Below are positions 19,452 through 29,424 of a stretch of DNA of 64,000 nt, one piece after another (within the stretch, counting starts at the first letter, position 1; each line of letters begins with the position of its first letter). Origin of the DNA: Acidobacteriota bacterium. Lineage in GTDB: Bacteria > Acidobacteriota > UBA6911. The position numbers were made by a program, and so were the translations under genes. The notes under the pieces were generated by a model. The model did no database searches. It was given only the letters and a program-made list of their open reading frames with translations, and was not told where the DNA came from. The stretch covers positions 480,001-544,000 of the forward strand of contig OY761556.1 in assembly GCA_963664705.1 (NCBI GenBank). The letters run 5' to 3'.

Positions 19452-19827
19452 TTGAAATAGGCCATTAACCCATCTACCATAATAAGTTCGGGCCAGAATG
19501 GCGAAGAGATTAGGTTGTTTGGTTTACGAGATATTCGGCTCTGCTGGAGCCACATTGAATTGAAATGACGGGTCGCAACCATAGTTGCCGAGTGACTGTC
19601 ATAGGATAACGGGTTCTGAAGATTCGGAATTGTAACCGGCATGCCATCACTTTCAGTGCATGCCAATACCTTCACCACCGAATATAGCGGGTTTGTGTTT
19701 GCTTCTTGATCATTTTTTATATCTTGATCAGAAAAAACTGGCCGGGTAAGTAGTCCCGGCACGCCTGTGGAATCCTGCCTCCTGCGCACTCGAGCGTATC
19801 CGTTCTGACAATTACTGGAGCATTGCG
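19452..19827 (+). promoter_or_regulatory. Putative promoter and long structured 5' leader of the RNase E/G gene
   Basis: TTGAAA-N17-TACCAT at 19452-19480; hairpins GGCATG..CACT-TTC-AGTG-CATGCC (~19638-19664) and GCCGGG-N8-CCCGGC (19741-19760). Confidence 0.5.
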
Positions 19828-21840
19828 ATGATCAAAGAGATGATCGTTTCCAGCACTGCGCTGGAAACGAAGGTCGCTATTCTGGAAGACGACCAATTGG
19901 CGGAGTTGTACATTGAGAGGAACCGGAGTCGAGGCATACTGGCAAATACCTACAAGGGGAAGGTCACGAAAGTTCTTCCCGGTATGCAATCCGCATTTGT
20001 AAATATCGGCCTGGAGAAGGACGCTTTCCTTTATGTCTCGGATTTTGTTGAGGACAGCGAGGAATGTGATCAGGTGTTTCCGACCGTCGATGATCAGGCG
20101 GTTGCCGCCATGGCCGAAGAGGAAGTGCAGGAACGGCCGCAAAAACGGGAGCGCAAGGGGGACCGAGGCAGCCGATGGCGAGAGCGCAAAGAACGTCAAG
20201 AGGCCGCTCGAAATGCCGCACCGCAGACGGCGGAAGATTCGGACGCGTTTCCGCCGGAGCATTGGAATATAAGCGCTGAAACCGAACGCGAAGTCGAGTC
20301 CCATTTGGAATCAGATGTTCTTTATTCTGCCACCGACATTCCGGAATCCTCGGCTGTTTTTTCTGCTGCCACGATTCCCCCGGACATCCCGGAACCCGAG
20401 CCGGAACCTCCGGCTCAGGCGGTTATGATGTCGGAAGATGTCGAGGCTTTCCGACCGGAAGAGCCTTCCGATGATTTCCAGTCCCCGGATGCCGCATCCA
20501 TTCGCGACGACGGCGAGAATCTCCCCTTCGCCGTGGATCAGGAAAATTCAAAGCCCGGATTTGCCCGCCGCAGGGGAGCCGCGGCACGAAGAAAACGGTA
20601 TACCGCCGCAAGGCATACGCACCGGACCGAACACCAGTCCATCGACGATGTGCTGAGAGAAGGTCAGGAGGTGTTGGTGCAGGTGGCCAAGGAGCCGATC
20701 GGCAAGAAGGGCGCCCGGGTAACCAGCCACATCGCGCTGCCGGGTCGTTATCTTGTATATATGCCGACAGTGGAGCACGTCGGCGTGTCCCGCAAGATCG
20801 GTTCAGATGCTGAGCGGATTCGCCTGAAAGACATTATTTTGAAACATCGCGATCGCTTTCCCGGTGGGGTAATCGTGCGTACCGCTGCGGAAGAGCATAC
20901 CGAAGAGGATCTGGTTAACGATCTGAATTTCTTGGTGAGACTCTGGGAAGACATGCGGTCCCGGGCCGAAAACATGTCCGCACCCGCGTTGATCCATGCG
21001 GAAATGAACCTGGTTCAGCGGCTGCTGCGCGACCAGTTTTCTTTCGAGTTTGCGGCCATCCGCGTCGATGATGAGATGGAGTATCAACGGATTGTCGAAT
21101 TTGTGGACAAGATCTTCCCGAACCTGGTCCATCGCGTGAAGCTGTATACCAAGGAAAATTACATTTTCGATGAGTATGGCATTGCTCCCGAGATTGACAA
21201 ACTGCTGCAGCCCAAAATCTGGCTGAAATCGGGCGGATACATTGTCATTAACCAGACTGAAGCGCTGGTAAGCATTGACATCAATACCGGGAAATTCGTG
21301 GGGCGCGGAAACAGCCTCGAAGAAACGATCACCCGGACGAATCTGGAGGCGGTCAAGGAAATCGTCCGGCAGATACGGTTGCGGGACCTGGGCGGAATCA
21401 TCGTGATCGATTTCATCGATATGGATGAACGAAAGAACCGCAAACGAGTGATGGAAGCGCTCTCAGAGGAAATTGCAAAAGACAAATCGCCCAGCAAGAT
21501 ACTCGAGTTCAATGAATTCGGCCTGGTGGCGATTACGCGCAAGAGAGTGAAACAGTCGCTCGAGCGAACTCTGTGCCAGCCCTGTCCCTATTGCACCGGG
21601 TCCGGTATGGTCAAATCCATAGCGACCACCTGCTACAGCATCTATCATGAAATTGAGAAAATGCGGGAGTATATCAACGACCGTGCAGAGCTGATGATCC
21701 GCGTCCATCCTGACGTTGCGCGGGCTCTGCGCGAATCGGAATCGAATGTGGTGAACGAGATCCGTCACCTGCTGCGTCGGGATGTAATTATCAAGGCGGA
21801 TCCGACGCTTCACATCGAGCACTTCAATATCGTCACCTAG
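19828..21840 (+). CDS. Ribonuclease E/G family protein with large S1-domain insertion
   Basis: YKGKV..VLPGMQSAFV.IG, VQV.KEPIG.KGAR.T, IDINTG, RLRDLGGIIVIDFIDM, CPYC.GSG; no long C-terminal scaffold. Confidence 0.95.
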   Translation: MIKEMIVSSTALETKVAILEDDQLAELYIERNRSRGILANTYKGKVTKVLPGMQSAFVNIGLEKDAFLYVSDFVEDSEECDQVFPTVDDQAVAAMAEEEVQERPQKRERKGDRGSRWRERKERQEAARNAAPQTAEDSDAFPPEHWNISAETEREVESHLESDVLYSATDIPESSAVFSAATIPPDIPEPEPEPPAQAVMMSEDVEAFRPEEPSDDFQSPDAASIRDDGENLPFAVDQENSKPGFARRRGAAARRKRYTAARHTHRTEHQSIDDVLREGQEVLVQVAKEPIGKKGARVTSHIALPGRYLVYMPTVEHVGVSRKIGSDAERIRLKDIILKHRDRFPGGVIVRTAAEEHTEEDLVNDLNFLVRLWEDMRSRAENMSAPALIHAEMNLVQRLLRDQFSFEFAAIRVDDEMEYQRIVEFVDKIFPNLVHRVKLYTKENYIFDEYGIAPEIDKLLQPKIWLKSGGYIVINQTEALVSIDINTGKFVGRGNSLEETITRTNLEAVKEIVRQIRLRDLGGIIVIDFIDMDERKNRKRVMEALSEEIAKDKSPSKILEFNEFGLVAITRKRVKQSLERTLCQPCPYCTGSGMVKSIATTCYSIYHEIEKMREYINDRAELMIRVHPDVARALRESESNVVNEIRHLLRRDVIIKADPTLHIEHFNIVT

Positions 21841-21854
21841 CGGCGTTTCTAAGC

Positions 21855-21887
21855 GGGAGTGTCGGCACCCACAGTGACGACACTCCC
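21855..21887. terminator. Hairpin between the convergent RNase E/G gene and mazG
   Basis: GGGAGTGTCG...CGACACTCCC perfect 10-bp stem; no clear U-tract. Confidence 0.55.
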
Positions 21888-21894
21888 AGGTTGC

Positions 21895-22698
21895 CTACTC
21901 GCTCTGTTTCGCTTCCTCCCACAACGCATCCATTTCAGCCAGCGTAGTGTCCTTCAGTTGGCGTCCCTGCCGCTTGATGGCAGATTCCAGGTATCTGAAC
22001 CGACGCTCAAATTTTCTGTTGCTTCTGTTTAGAGCTGTTTCCGAATCGATTCCCAGAAAACGGGCGATGTTGACCACGACAAAAAGCAGGTCGCCCACCT
22101 CATCCGCCATATCTTCGCCATTTTTTTGGGCGTGCGCATCCATCAGCTCGGAAGTTTCTTCTTTCAGCTTCAGAAGGATATCCTCCAGGTGCGACCAGTC
22201 AAATCCGACTCTGGAAGCTTTTGCCGTCATCTGATGGGCCCGGTGAAGTGCGGGCAGTTTCGACGGAATCCCATCGAGCAGCGAGCGATCGGAATCAGCA
22301 AGAGAGGCCGATTGGATTCCCTTTTCCGCCGCTTTGATATCTTCCCAATTCTTGAGGACATCGCCGGCGGTTTTGAGATCCGCGTCCCCAAAAATATGCG
22401 GGTGTCTGCGCACCATTTTTTCATGGGAACGGTCAATCACATCCGCCAGGTCAAACTCGTCCTTTTCGCGCGCAATCTGTGCATGAAAGATGACCTGGAA
22501 TAACAGGTCTCCGAGCTCCTCTTTCAGTTCGATCGGATCATCGGCATCAAGCGCATCGAGCACTTCGTAGGCCTCTTCGATCAGCATCGGTTTTAAGGTT
22601 TCCCTGGTTTGCTCTTTGTCCCAGGGGCATCCATTCTCGCCTCGCAGTTGTTCCACCAGGCTTATCAGTTTCTCGATATCCGCATTTCTCTTTTTCAT
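21895..22698 (-). CDS. mazG: Nucleoside triphosphate pyrophosphohydrolase MazG
   Basis: GCPWDKEQT, EEAYEV, EELGDLL, RRHPHIF, VGFDW, DEVGDLLF, KFERRF. Start moved to ATG 22698. Confidence 0.96.
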   Translation of the reverse strand: MKKRNADIEKLISLVEQLRGENGCPWDKEQTRETLKPMLIEEAYEVLDALDADDPIELKEELGDLLFQVIFHAQIAREKDEFDLADVIDRSHEKMVRRHPHIFGDADLKTAGDVLKNWEDIKAAEKGIQSASLADSDRSLLDGIPSKLPALHRAHQMTAKASRVGFDWSHLEDILLKLKEETSELMDAHAQKNGEDMADEVGDLLFVVVNIARFLGIDSETALNRSNRKFERRFRYLESAIKRQGRQLKDTTLAEMDALWEEAKQSE

Positions 22699-22786
22699 TC
22701 GTCCATTATCTCCGGCCATTGTCGAAGTCGCAATGAAGTCATTTCGTTCTTTCGTCTCCGCGACGGGCATTTTATAGTAACACTCC

Positions 22787-24523
22787 ATGATGAAGACTGG
22801 GAGTCAGACAAGTGAACGCCTGGGCATAGCCGTCATGCTGTTGCCCATTATGCTTACGGCATGCCTTTATCTTTTCACCAACACTAACCGCGGCATCATC
22901 GATTATGACGAAGGATATTATTCCCAGGCGGCCAAGGGCATGGCGGAGAGCGGCAATTGGGTGACGCCATATGTCAATGGAGTTCGCTTTCTCGAAAAGC
23001 CTCCTTTCCTCTATTGGCTGACGGCTGCCAGCTTCAAGGCTTTCGGGATCAGCGAATTTGCCCTGCGTCTTCCAACGGCGTTTGCGGTCATTGCGCTGGT
23101 CGGCGTTGTCATGCTGATCGGACTTCGAGTCGCCGATCGGGAAACGGCATGGATCGCGGGCTTGAGCCTGGCTTTTTGCGCCGGAACATACATATTTACA
23201 CGGGAGACCCTTCACGATGTCTGGCTGGTGCTTTTCATAGCGCTGGCAATGTACGCATTCGTCGACTGGTATATGGACCCCCAGCATTCCCTCCGCCGCG
23301 CTTTGCTTTTCTATGGCGCAACGGCAGGAGCCTTCATGTGCAAAAGCCTGGTCGGCATTGCATTTCCGCTGGGCATCGTTGTCGTGTTCTTTGTATTGTC
23401 GCGTGAATGGCCCAGGTGGAGGACCCTGCATGTTTTGCCAGGGAGCGGGTTGTTCCTGCTATTAACCGTGCCCTGGCATTGGCTTGCCGCTTCTCAAAAC
23501 CGTGGCTTCCTGGAATTCTTTTTTTGGGGGGAGCAGATCCTGCGGTTCTTTGGGAAACGCGAACCTCCGGTTCTCTGGTCTCTTCCCCTCTGGACATTCT
23601 GGGGGCTCATTGTTGCCTGGATGTTTCCATGGGTTGTCTTCATCCCCGCAGCGATCAAGGCGAGCCGTCCTTCAAGCGGTCAGTACAATAGGGTGCTGTT
23701 GCTTTTGGTTATCGCCTGGGCAGGCGTGATCCTGGGCTTTTTCTCCATTTCAAACCGGCTTGAGCATTACTCCTTCCCTGCATTTCCCGCCATCTCGCTT
23801 TTTATCGCCGGCGCTCTCAGTAAATACAGAAGTCAATGGACGCTCAATGCCTTTCGCGCATTGGCGATTCTCGGCTTGCTGGTACTGGTTGCCGGGCTGG
23901 GGGCTGGAGCCTGGCTTGCTGCAGGACATGGGGTACACTCCACTTCGACCGGGCCGACCAATCGACTGGACGAGACCGATTTCAGCATTTTGGCCGAGAT
24001 GCCGGCGGAGATCGTATCCGGGCTTTTCCGGCCAGCCGCAGCGACGGTCATTGCGCTATCGGCTGGATTTTGCGCCGCGCTCTGGTTTGAAACCCGCCGG
24101 CGGCGCCTTCAGGCCATAGGTGCGCTTGCCGCGACCATGGTGGTTATCTGCATTGCCATCCATTGGAGCTTTAATATCTGCGAAGATCTGATTTCCTCCA
24201 AAAGGTTTGGGCTTGCCCTCGCGCGGGAAGCACGTGTCGGAGACCGGTTGGTTGTTGTTGATGACTACGAATCCGCCAACTCTCTCAATTTTTATGAACC
24301 ACTGCCTGTGCAGGTTTACCAGGGAATTGCCTATGCACTCGTACCGGGGATGAAATATCCCGATGCGCCGAAAATCGTACTCACGCGCGAAGAGTTTCAT
24401 GCCGCCTGGGCGTCCAACAGTCGCGTGTTCGCGCTTTTGCCAAAAGACAGGATCAAGGAACTGAATCCGGCTGGAACGGAGGTCCTGCAGATATTGCATC
24501 GGGTCCTGGTTAAAAACAGGTAG
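22787..24523 (+). CDS. ArnT-like GT-C (PMT/GT39/GT83-like) membrane glycosyltransferase
   Basis: D.DEGYY...AK.M..SGNWVTP..NG..FLEKPP..YW, EFALRLP, many TM helices. Confidence 0.88.
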   Translation: MMKTGSQTSERLGIAVMLLPIMLTACLYLFTNTNRGIIDYDEGYYSQAAKGMAESGNWVTPYVNGVRFLEKPPFLYWLTAASFKAFGISEFALRLPTAFAVIALVGVVMLIGLRVADRETAWIAGLSLAFCAGTYIFTRETLHDVWLVLFIALAMYAFVDWYMDPQHSLRRALLFYGATAGAFMCKSLVGIAFPLGIVVVFFVLSREWPRWRTLHVLPGSGLFLLLTVPWHWLAASQNRGFLEFFFWGEQILRFFGKREPPVLWSLPLWTFWGLIVAWMFPWVVFIPAAIKASRPSSGQYNRVLLLLVIAWAGVILGFFSISNRLEHYSFPAFPAISLFIAGALSKYRSQWTLNAFRALAILGLLVLVAGLGAGAWLAAGHGVHSTSTGPTNRLDETDFSILAEMPAEIVSGLFRPAAATVIALSAGFCAALWFETRRRRLQAIGALAATMVVICIAIHWSFNICEDLISSKRFGLALAREARVGDRLVVVDDYESANSLNFYEPLPVQVYQGIAYALVPGMKYPDAPKIVLTREEFHAAWASNSRVFALLPKDRIKELNPAGTEVLQILHRVLVKNR

Positions 24524-24535
24524 GTTCAAGGTGGG

Positions 24536-24573
24536 TGGAATTCGTGGCCAATTGCAGTAGGCCACGAATTCCA
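24536..24573. terminator. Hairpin between convergent ArnT-like and TonB-receptor genes
   Basis: TGGAATTCGTGGCC-N10-GGCCACGAATTCCA perfect 14-bp stem. Confidence 0.65.
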
Positions 24574-24583
24574 TTAAACCGCT

Positions 24584-27500
24584 TTAGAAATCAAACCTCA
24601 ATTTGGCCTGGAATGTACGTGACCCGACTTTGGAACTCATGTAGCCCAATGGCCGGTATGTATACGTTCCATCGGTATAGTCATAATAGGAGCCCATTGT
24701 TGCGGCCGGAGCGCCCGGGACTCTGGTGCGTACCACTCCCGACTGATAAGCGCCGGCAGTAGGTTGGGCATGATTGAAAATGTTCGTGGCATCGATGCGG
24801 ATCTGAATGCTCTTCGCTTCAGTCAGTTTGATAGCCTTGGACATTGCCATATCCGCACTCCAGATGGACGGCTGCCTCAGGGAATTCTGCGCGAAGTTTC
24901 CGCGTTCCGTTGGATAGGGATTGATGAAAATGAGCTTGGACGTATCGCTTGCCAGCGCAATGGCGCGCAGCGTGCACTGACTTTGCAGACTCTGGGCCGC
25001 CGTGACGTTGTTGCATTGCGGGTCTGACACAAGGGTATACCTGGGAGCATTTGTTGAACTGTCCCAGAAATAATTGCCGGTTGCCGCGCCGTCGGGCCAC
25101 ACCACCTCGCCCGAGTTGCGGTCGAAATCGCCGACCTGGTTCGGTACGCCGTTGGCATACAGCGACGTGTTCGTTGAGGTGATGCTGAAGGGCCGCCCGC
25201 TGGCGATGTTGGCTATCCAACTCAGTTGCCAGCCGCCTGCGAGCCTTGCCAGCGCCCCGTTCTTATTGAGCAACCAGTGACCTGGCCCGAAAGGCAGTTC
25301 GACCCCGCCGTTTATTGAGAGTTGATGCGTTCTATCCATACTGTTCGGTCCATAATCTGCCGCTCTGTTGCGCGGGTCCGTATAGCTCAAGGCTCCAAGG
25401 TTTTTGCTCCAAGTATAGGTTGTCTGGAGATTGAACCCGTGGGTGGGACGGATAGTCAGTTGGGCTTGCATTGAATGGTAATTGTAGTTGTTTAGATTTC
25501 CGTACCAGGTGGCGGTTCCGAACTGCGGACTGGTATAGATAAAGTTCTCGGGCAGATTGTTGTGCCGCAGCACTGTCCCCAGAACGTCAGTGCCGACTGA
25601 AGGCAATGCGTTGTTTCCCGGATATGTTGTTACATAGTTCATTGTGGCCAGTGTATTGGCAAGCGAAAGGTAATTGCCGTTTGCGAGGTTGGCATTCGTC
25701 CCGGTATAAGCGCGAAGGTGCATGGCCCCGGTCTGCATTACTCCATTGTAAACGGATCCTACCGGTCCATAGCCCCAGCCGGCGATGTTGATGCCGTTGA
25801 ACATCTTATCCAGCAGCGTGGATTCGCCGCCTGACCGCGCTGCATCGAAGGCCTCCTTCAGCCCATTGTTCCAGATGTTGGCTGCATTGATGTTGAACGA
25901 GCCCTGCTGCTTGCGCTGCAGAGTCCCGATGTAGCGAACATCCAGGATTATGTTTGAGGTGATATTCCGGGTGATCGATACATTCAGATTCTGAACATAG
26001 GGCGTTCTCATGTTCGGGTCATACACCGTGATCGATTGAGAACGCTCCTGCACGGGCAGGACCGGATTCGCGGCTGGAGTTTTGATATAGGATGGAATCG
26101 GTACCACCGACAGCAGCGAGCCTACATTGGACAGATTGATGTATGGCATCGACGAGTTCGGCGTATAGTTTGTTGTATAGGTAATCATCGGCATGGTGAA
26201 ACCGGCAGCATCCGCCCTACCGGCCGGCATATAGCTCAACTGGTATCCTCCGCGGATCACAGTCTTGCCTTTCCCGAACCATGGCAATTGGTATGCGAAT
26301 CCAAACACCGGACCAAAGTTGTTGAGGTCGTCGTTATAGGTTTGCTGTTCCGGATTTGGAGAGTCCGGGCCGATAAATGCCAGTTGAGCGTCATTGCCTT
26401 TGTACGTTACCGTGCCGTCGGCGTTCATTGTTCCAGGCTGCATCCAATCTTCAAAGCTGCTCCCGGATCGGCCGAATATGGATGTGGCTCCTCCCTTGAG
26501 GCCCGCGGTCATGCCACCTTTCAGATAGGGGACGCCGTACCAGTCATAGCGCATTCCCATGTTCAGGGTAATGGTATCGGTAACGCGCCAGTCATCCTGC
26601 ATAAACAGGCTGATTTGATTCTGGCGGAAATCTGTGATGCGCGTGTTCTCGCCTTTGGTGATGTCATTATAGGTTGTGGCGGTTGGTGAATTGATAAAGC
26701 GGAACTGATCAACATTGGTGACCTGTCCGGCATAGATGTTCAGAAGGCTGTAAGCCCCAGCTACAACGTTGCCCCAATATAGTCCTCCTGCCGCGCCTGG
26801 AAGTGAAGATGCATAGGTATACGGGTTGTGAAATCCTGTGTTGGCAGAGTACCCGCTGAATACGACTCCGCCTCCGCGAATAGCCGGAACTGTGGTAGTA
26901 CCCGTGGTAAAGGAGAGAGCGCCGTTGATCTCCTGGTACGACTGGGTTCTCTGTGTTTCCGCACCAAACCGCATGGAGTGTCTTCCGTGAGTCCATGTCA
27001 AAGTGTCGGCAAAGGACCATCGCGGATCGTGTCCACCCCACGTGGATCCGAAGTTGCCCCGACCACTGCCCCATACATTGACTCCTCCGGCAATGGCAAA
27101 GCCCGGACTGATAGTTGGATAAGCATAGGACCCTGCTCCAAGTCCGATCACAACCGGAATTCCGGAGGATGAAGGGAACAGATTCAATAGAGCCTGCTTC
27201 AACGTGCCGCCTGTTTTAGGATTGTTCAACGGGTCCAGAACAAAGGACGAAGTGCGCATCAGTCCGACGCGCACTTCATTCAGCAGCGTCGGTTTGAGAG
27301 TCGATACAAGATTGACTGCGAAGCTCTGTGGCTTGCGTTGAATCACGCCTCCATAGCTGTTCTGTTCCATGGTTGGAAAACTGTCTTCACCGTTGTTGGT
27401 TTCCCAACTGTAAGTGCCGCTGATCCGGTGCATGGCATTGAAATTATGGTCAATCCGGAAGTTGATCTGCTTCCGGTTTGGCCCTTCGCCGAGGCCGTAG

Positions 27501-28867
27501 ATGTTATCCCCGCCGTCCAGTCGGCGAACCCATCGATATCCGCCCCAGTTCAGGCCGTCGCCGACCTGATAGTTATTGGCATCGGGAATCATGGCCATGA
27601 ATTTCCTGATATACCCGCTTGCATCCGGAGTGCGAACCGAATCGTAAGGGGCCGAGTAATTTACCCAGTCGGATGTCGGGAATCCGGTGCTGGAATCAAT
27701 GGTTACATCGGAACAGTCAGTGGTTTTGGGTGTTTTCAGCAGGGATCCAAAGACACTGATCTGATGGAGTGCCCCGAGTTCGGTCTTGGGTGATCCGTCA
27801 GAGTTGACTGTTGCCGCAACTTTGGGATCGTAGGTTGTCCCTGTTCCGGCGGCGTTTGTCAGGATGTTCCCGCCTGAATATCCATCAATATAGCGGAATA
27901 TGCCTTTTCGTGCGCATGGCGTCGGTACCTGGACGTTGACGTTGTTCTGACGGATCCGGGAAAACTGGTGATCCCAGGAGGCGAAGAAGAAGGTCTTGTT
28001 TCTGATAACAGGGCCGCCAATGCTCATGGTGTACTCGTTCTGGTTGCGCCAGTCGCGGGTGCGCCCGATTTTGTTTTCATACCATTCGTTGGCATCCAGG
28101 GCAGTGTTCTGATTATTCCATACCAGGCTGCCATGATAGGCATTGCCGCCAGAACGGGTCACGACGGATACCTGCCCATTGCCGCGCCCCATTTCCGCGT
28201 CGACAGGAGCAAGTACCATCTTGAATTCTCCGACCATTTCAGGGTTCAGGTATACAGGCGAATTCAGTCCTGTAGCGTAGCGAACGTCATTGGCGGTGAC
28301 GCCATCACGGGTCAAATTGACCTGTGATGCACTGACCCCGGCAAACTGCGTGTCGTCGGCTCCAAATATCGGGTTTTCCGTAATGCTGACTCCGCCCATG
28401 ACCTTCACAAGGCTGAGTACATTGCTGTTGACGATGGGGAGTTCCGATACTTTCTTTTCATTCAGAGTTGCCTGTGAAGATGAACTTGTGTCCAAGATCA
28501 GGTTGTCGGCCAGGATGCTGACCTCGATCTGTTGTTCGATTTTCCTGATTTCAAGTGTGAAGTTCAATCGCACCTGGGCATCATTGCCCAGTTTGACATC
28601 CTTGAAACTCTGAGTCTGGAAACCGGGTAATTCCGCCGTCAGCTTATACATGCCGACCTGCATCCCGGCAAATCCATAGGCTCCCGTTGCATTGGTAGTC
28701 GTTGTTTTTGCAATACCGGTTTCCACATTGGCTGCAGTTACGGTAACACCCGGCAGGACTGCCTGCGTAGCATCGGTGACAATTCCTCCCAAACTCGCGT
28801 TGGACTGGCTGAAGGCCGGTATGCAAACAAGAGCCAGGAGAATTCCCATCGATAGAAATTTTTGCAT
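24584..28867 (-). CDS. Large TonB-dependent receptor with N-terminal carboxypeptidase-regulatory-like domain (Oar-like, Acidobacteria type)
   Basis: Signal peptide, G.VTD...AVLPGVTVT, TRSGGN.YHG, FMQDDWRV, N.GMRYD, NNFGP.FGFAY, N.FNH, terminal aromatic (LRFDF). SD GGAGG before ATG 28867. Confidence 0.92.
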   Translation of the reverse strand: MQKFLSMGILLALVCIPAFSQSNASLGGIVTDATQAVLPGVTVTAANVETGIAKTTTTNATGAYGFAGMQVGMYKLTAELPGFQTQSFKDVKLGNDAQVRLNFTLEIRKIEQQIEVSILADNLILDTSSSSQATLNEKKVSELPIVNSNVLSLVKVMGGVSITENPIFGADDTQFAGVSASQVNLTRDGVTANDVRYATGLNSPVYLNPEMVGEFKMVLAPVDAEMGRGNGQVSVVTRSGGNAYHGSLVWNNQNTALDANEWYENKIGRTRDWRNQNEYTMSIGGPVIRNKTFFFASWDHQFSRIRQNNVNVQVPTPCARKGIFRYIDGYSGGNILTNAAGTGTTYDPKVAATVNSDGSPKTELGALHQISVFGSLLKTPKTTDCSDVTIDSSTGFPTSDWVNYSAPYDSVRTPDASGYIRKFMAMIPDANNYQVGDGLNWGGYRWVRRLDGGDNIYGLGEGPNRKQINFRIDHNFNAMHRISGTYSWETNNGEDSFPTMEQNSYGGVIQRKPQSFAVNLVSTLKPTLLNEVRVGLMRTSSFVLDPLNNPKTGGTLKQALLNLFPSSSGIPVVIGLGAGSYAYPTISPGFAIAGGVNVWGSGRGNFGSTWGGHDPRWSFADTLTWTHGRHSMRFGAETQRTQSYQEINGALSFTTGTTTVPAIRGGGVVFSGYSANTGFHNPYTYASSLPGAAGGLYWGNVVAGAYSLLNIYAGQVTNVDQFRFINSPTATTYNDITKGENTRITDFRQNQISLFMQDDWRVTDTITLNMGMRYDWYGVPYLKGGMTAGLKGGATSIFGRSGSSFEDWMQPGTMNADGTVTYKGNDAQLAFIGPDSPNPEQQTYNDDLNNFGPVFGFAYQLPWFGKGKTVIRGGYQLSYMPAGRADAAGFTMPMITYTTNYTPNSSMPYINLSNVGSLLSVVPIPSYIKTPAANPVLPVQERSQSITVYDPNMRTPYVQNLNVSITRNITSNIILDVRYIGTLQRKQQGSFNINAANIWNNGLKEAFDAARSGGESTLLDKMFNGINIAGWGYGPVGSVYNGVMQTGAMHLRAYTGTNANLANGNYLSLANTLATMNYVTTYPGNNALPSVGTDVLGTVLRHNNLPENFIYTSPQFGTATWYGNLNNYNYHSMQAQLTIRPTHGFNLQTTYTWSKNLGALSYTDPRNRAADYGPNSMDRTHQLSINGGVELPFGPGHWLLNKNGALARLAGGWQLSWIANIASGRPFSITSTNTSLYANGVPNQVGDFDRNSGEVVWPDGAATGNYFWDSSTNAPRYTLVSDPQCNNVTAAQSLQSQCTLRAIALASDTSKLIFINPYPTERGNFAQNSLRQPSIWSADMAMSKAIKLTEAKSIQIRIDATNIFNHAQPTAGAYQSGVVRTRVPGAPAATMGSYYDYTDGTYTYRPLGYMSSKVGSRTFQAKLRFDF

Positions 28868-29424
28868 AATCACATTTCCCTCCAGGAAACATCGAGGCCC
28901 AAGGTGGCTTCGATGCAACATATTCAATCCCATCCGGTCGGAACACACAGGCTCACGCTCCGGTATAAACCTTTCTCCTATTCCGGAGCAGGTTTGTCGA
29001 CCAGACTCGATAATCGGTTCTACAAGGAAGTTCCCGTCATGACATGCTCGAGTTTTCGATGCTGATTCGCACATCCCAGGGCAGGTATGAGAATTGTCCG
29101 CATGACGGACCATGCATCCGAAATTTCAAGCGAGCGCGATACTAGCGAGGGCAAAATGCCGCCGTCAAGACGCGCTGCCTCTTAAGTACTGGAGCGAAAT
29201 AATTGTGGACGCCGCCAACAAGTTGATCCGGTTATGCGGTGCCATTCGATCTGGATCGCTGATTACACAATGGAGTAATCAGATGGAATCACTCGGGCCG
29301 GTCTTTTGTTAAGAAATGTAAAAAGCAATCGATCGCACTCTCTTTGTCTGACACTTCCATTGCATCTTCCGTACTAACTCTGTGATCGAAGGATGCGTGC
29401 AATCCATTCAATGCGGAGCTGTAT

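Noticed and set aside
19442-19789. 115-aa minus-strand ORF in the rodA-RNase spacer
   Set aside because: No motif or clear SD; the region is better explained as promoter and leader.
23519-23531. T7G6 run in the ArnT-like gene as a phase-variation tract
   Set aside because: Both runs are short, the frame is intact and they simply encode FFWG.
28868-29113. 82-aa N-terminal extension of the TonB receptor in the ORF track
   Set aside because: The SD and signal peptide point to ATG 28867; the upstream part is probably leader.
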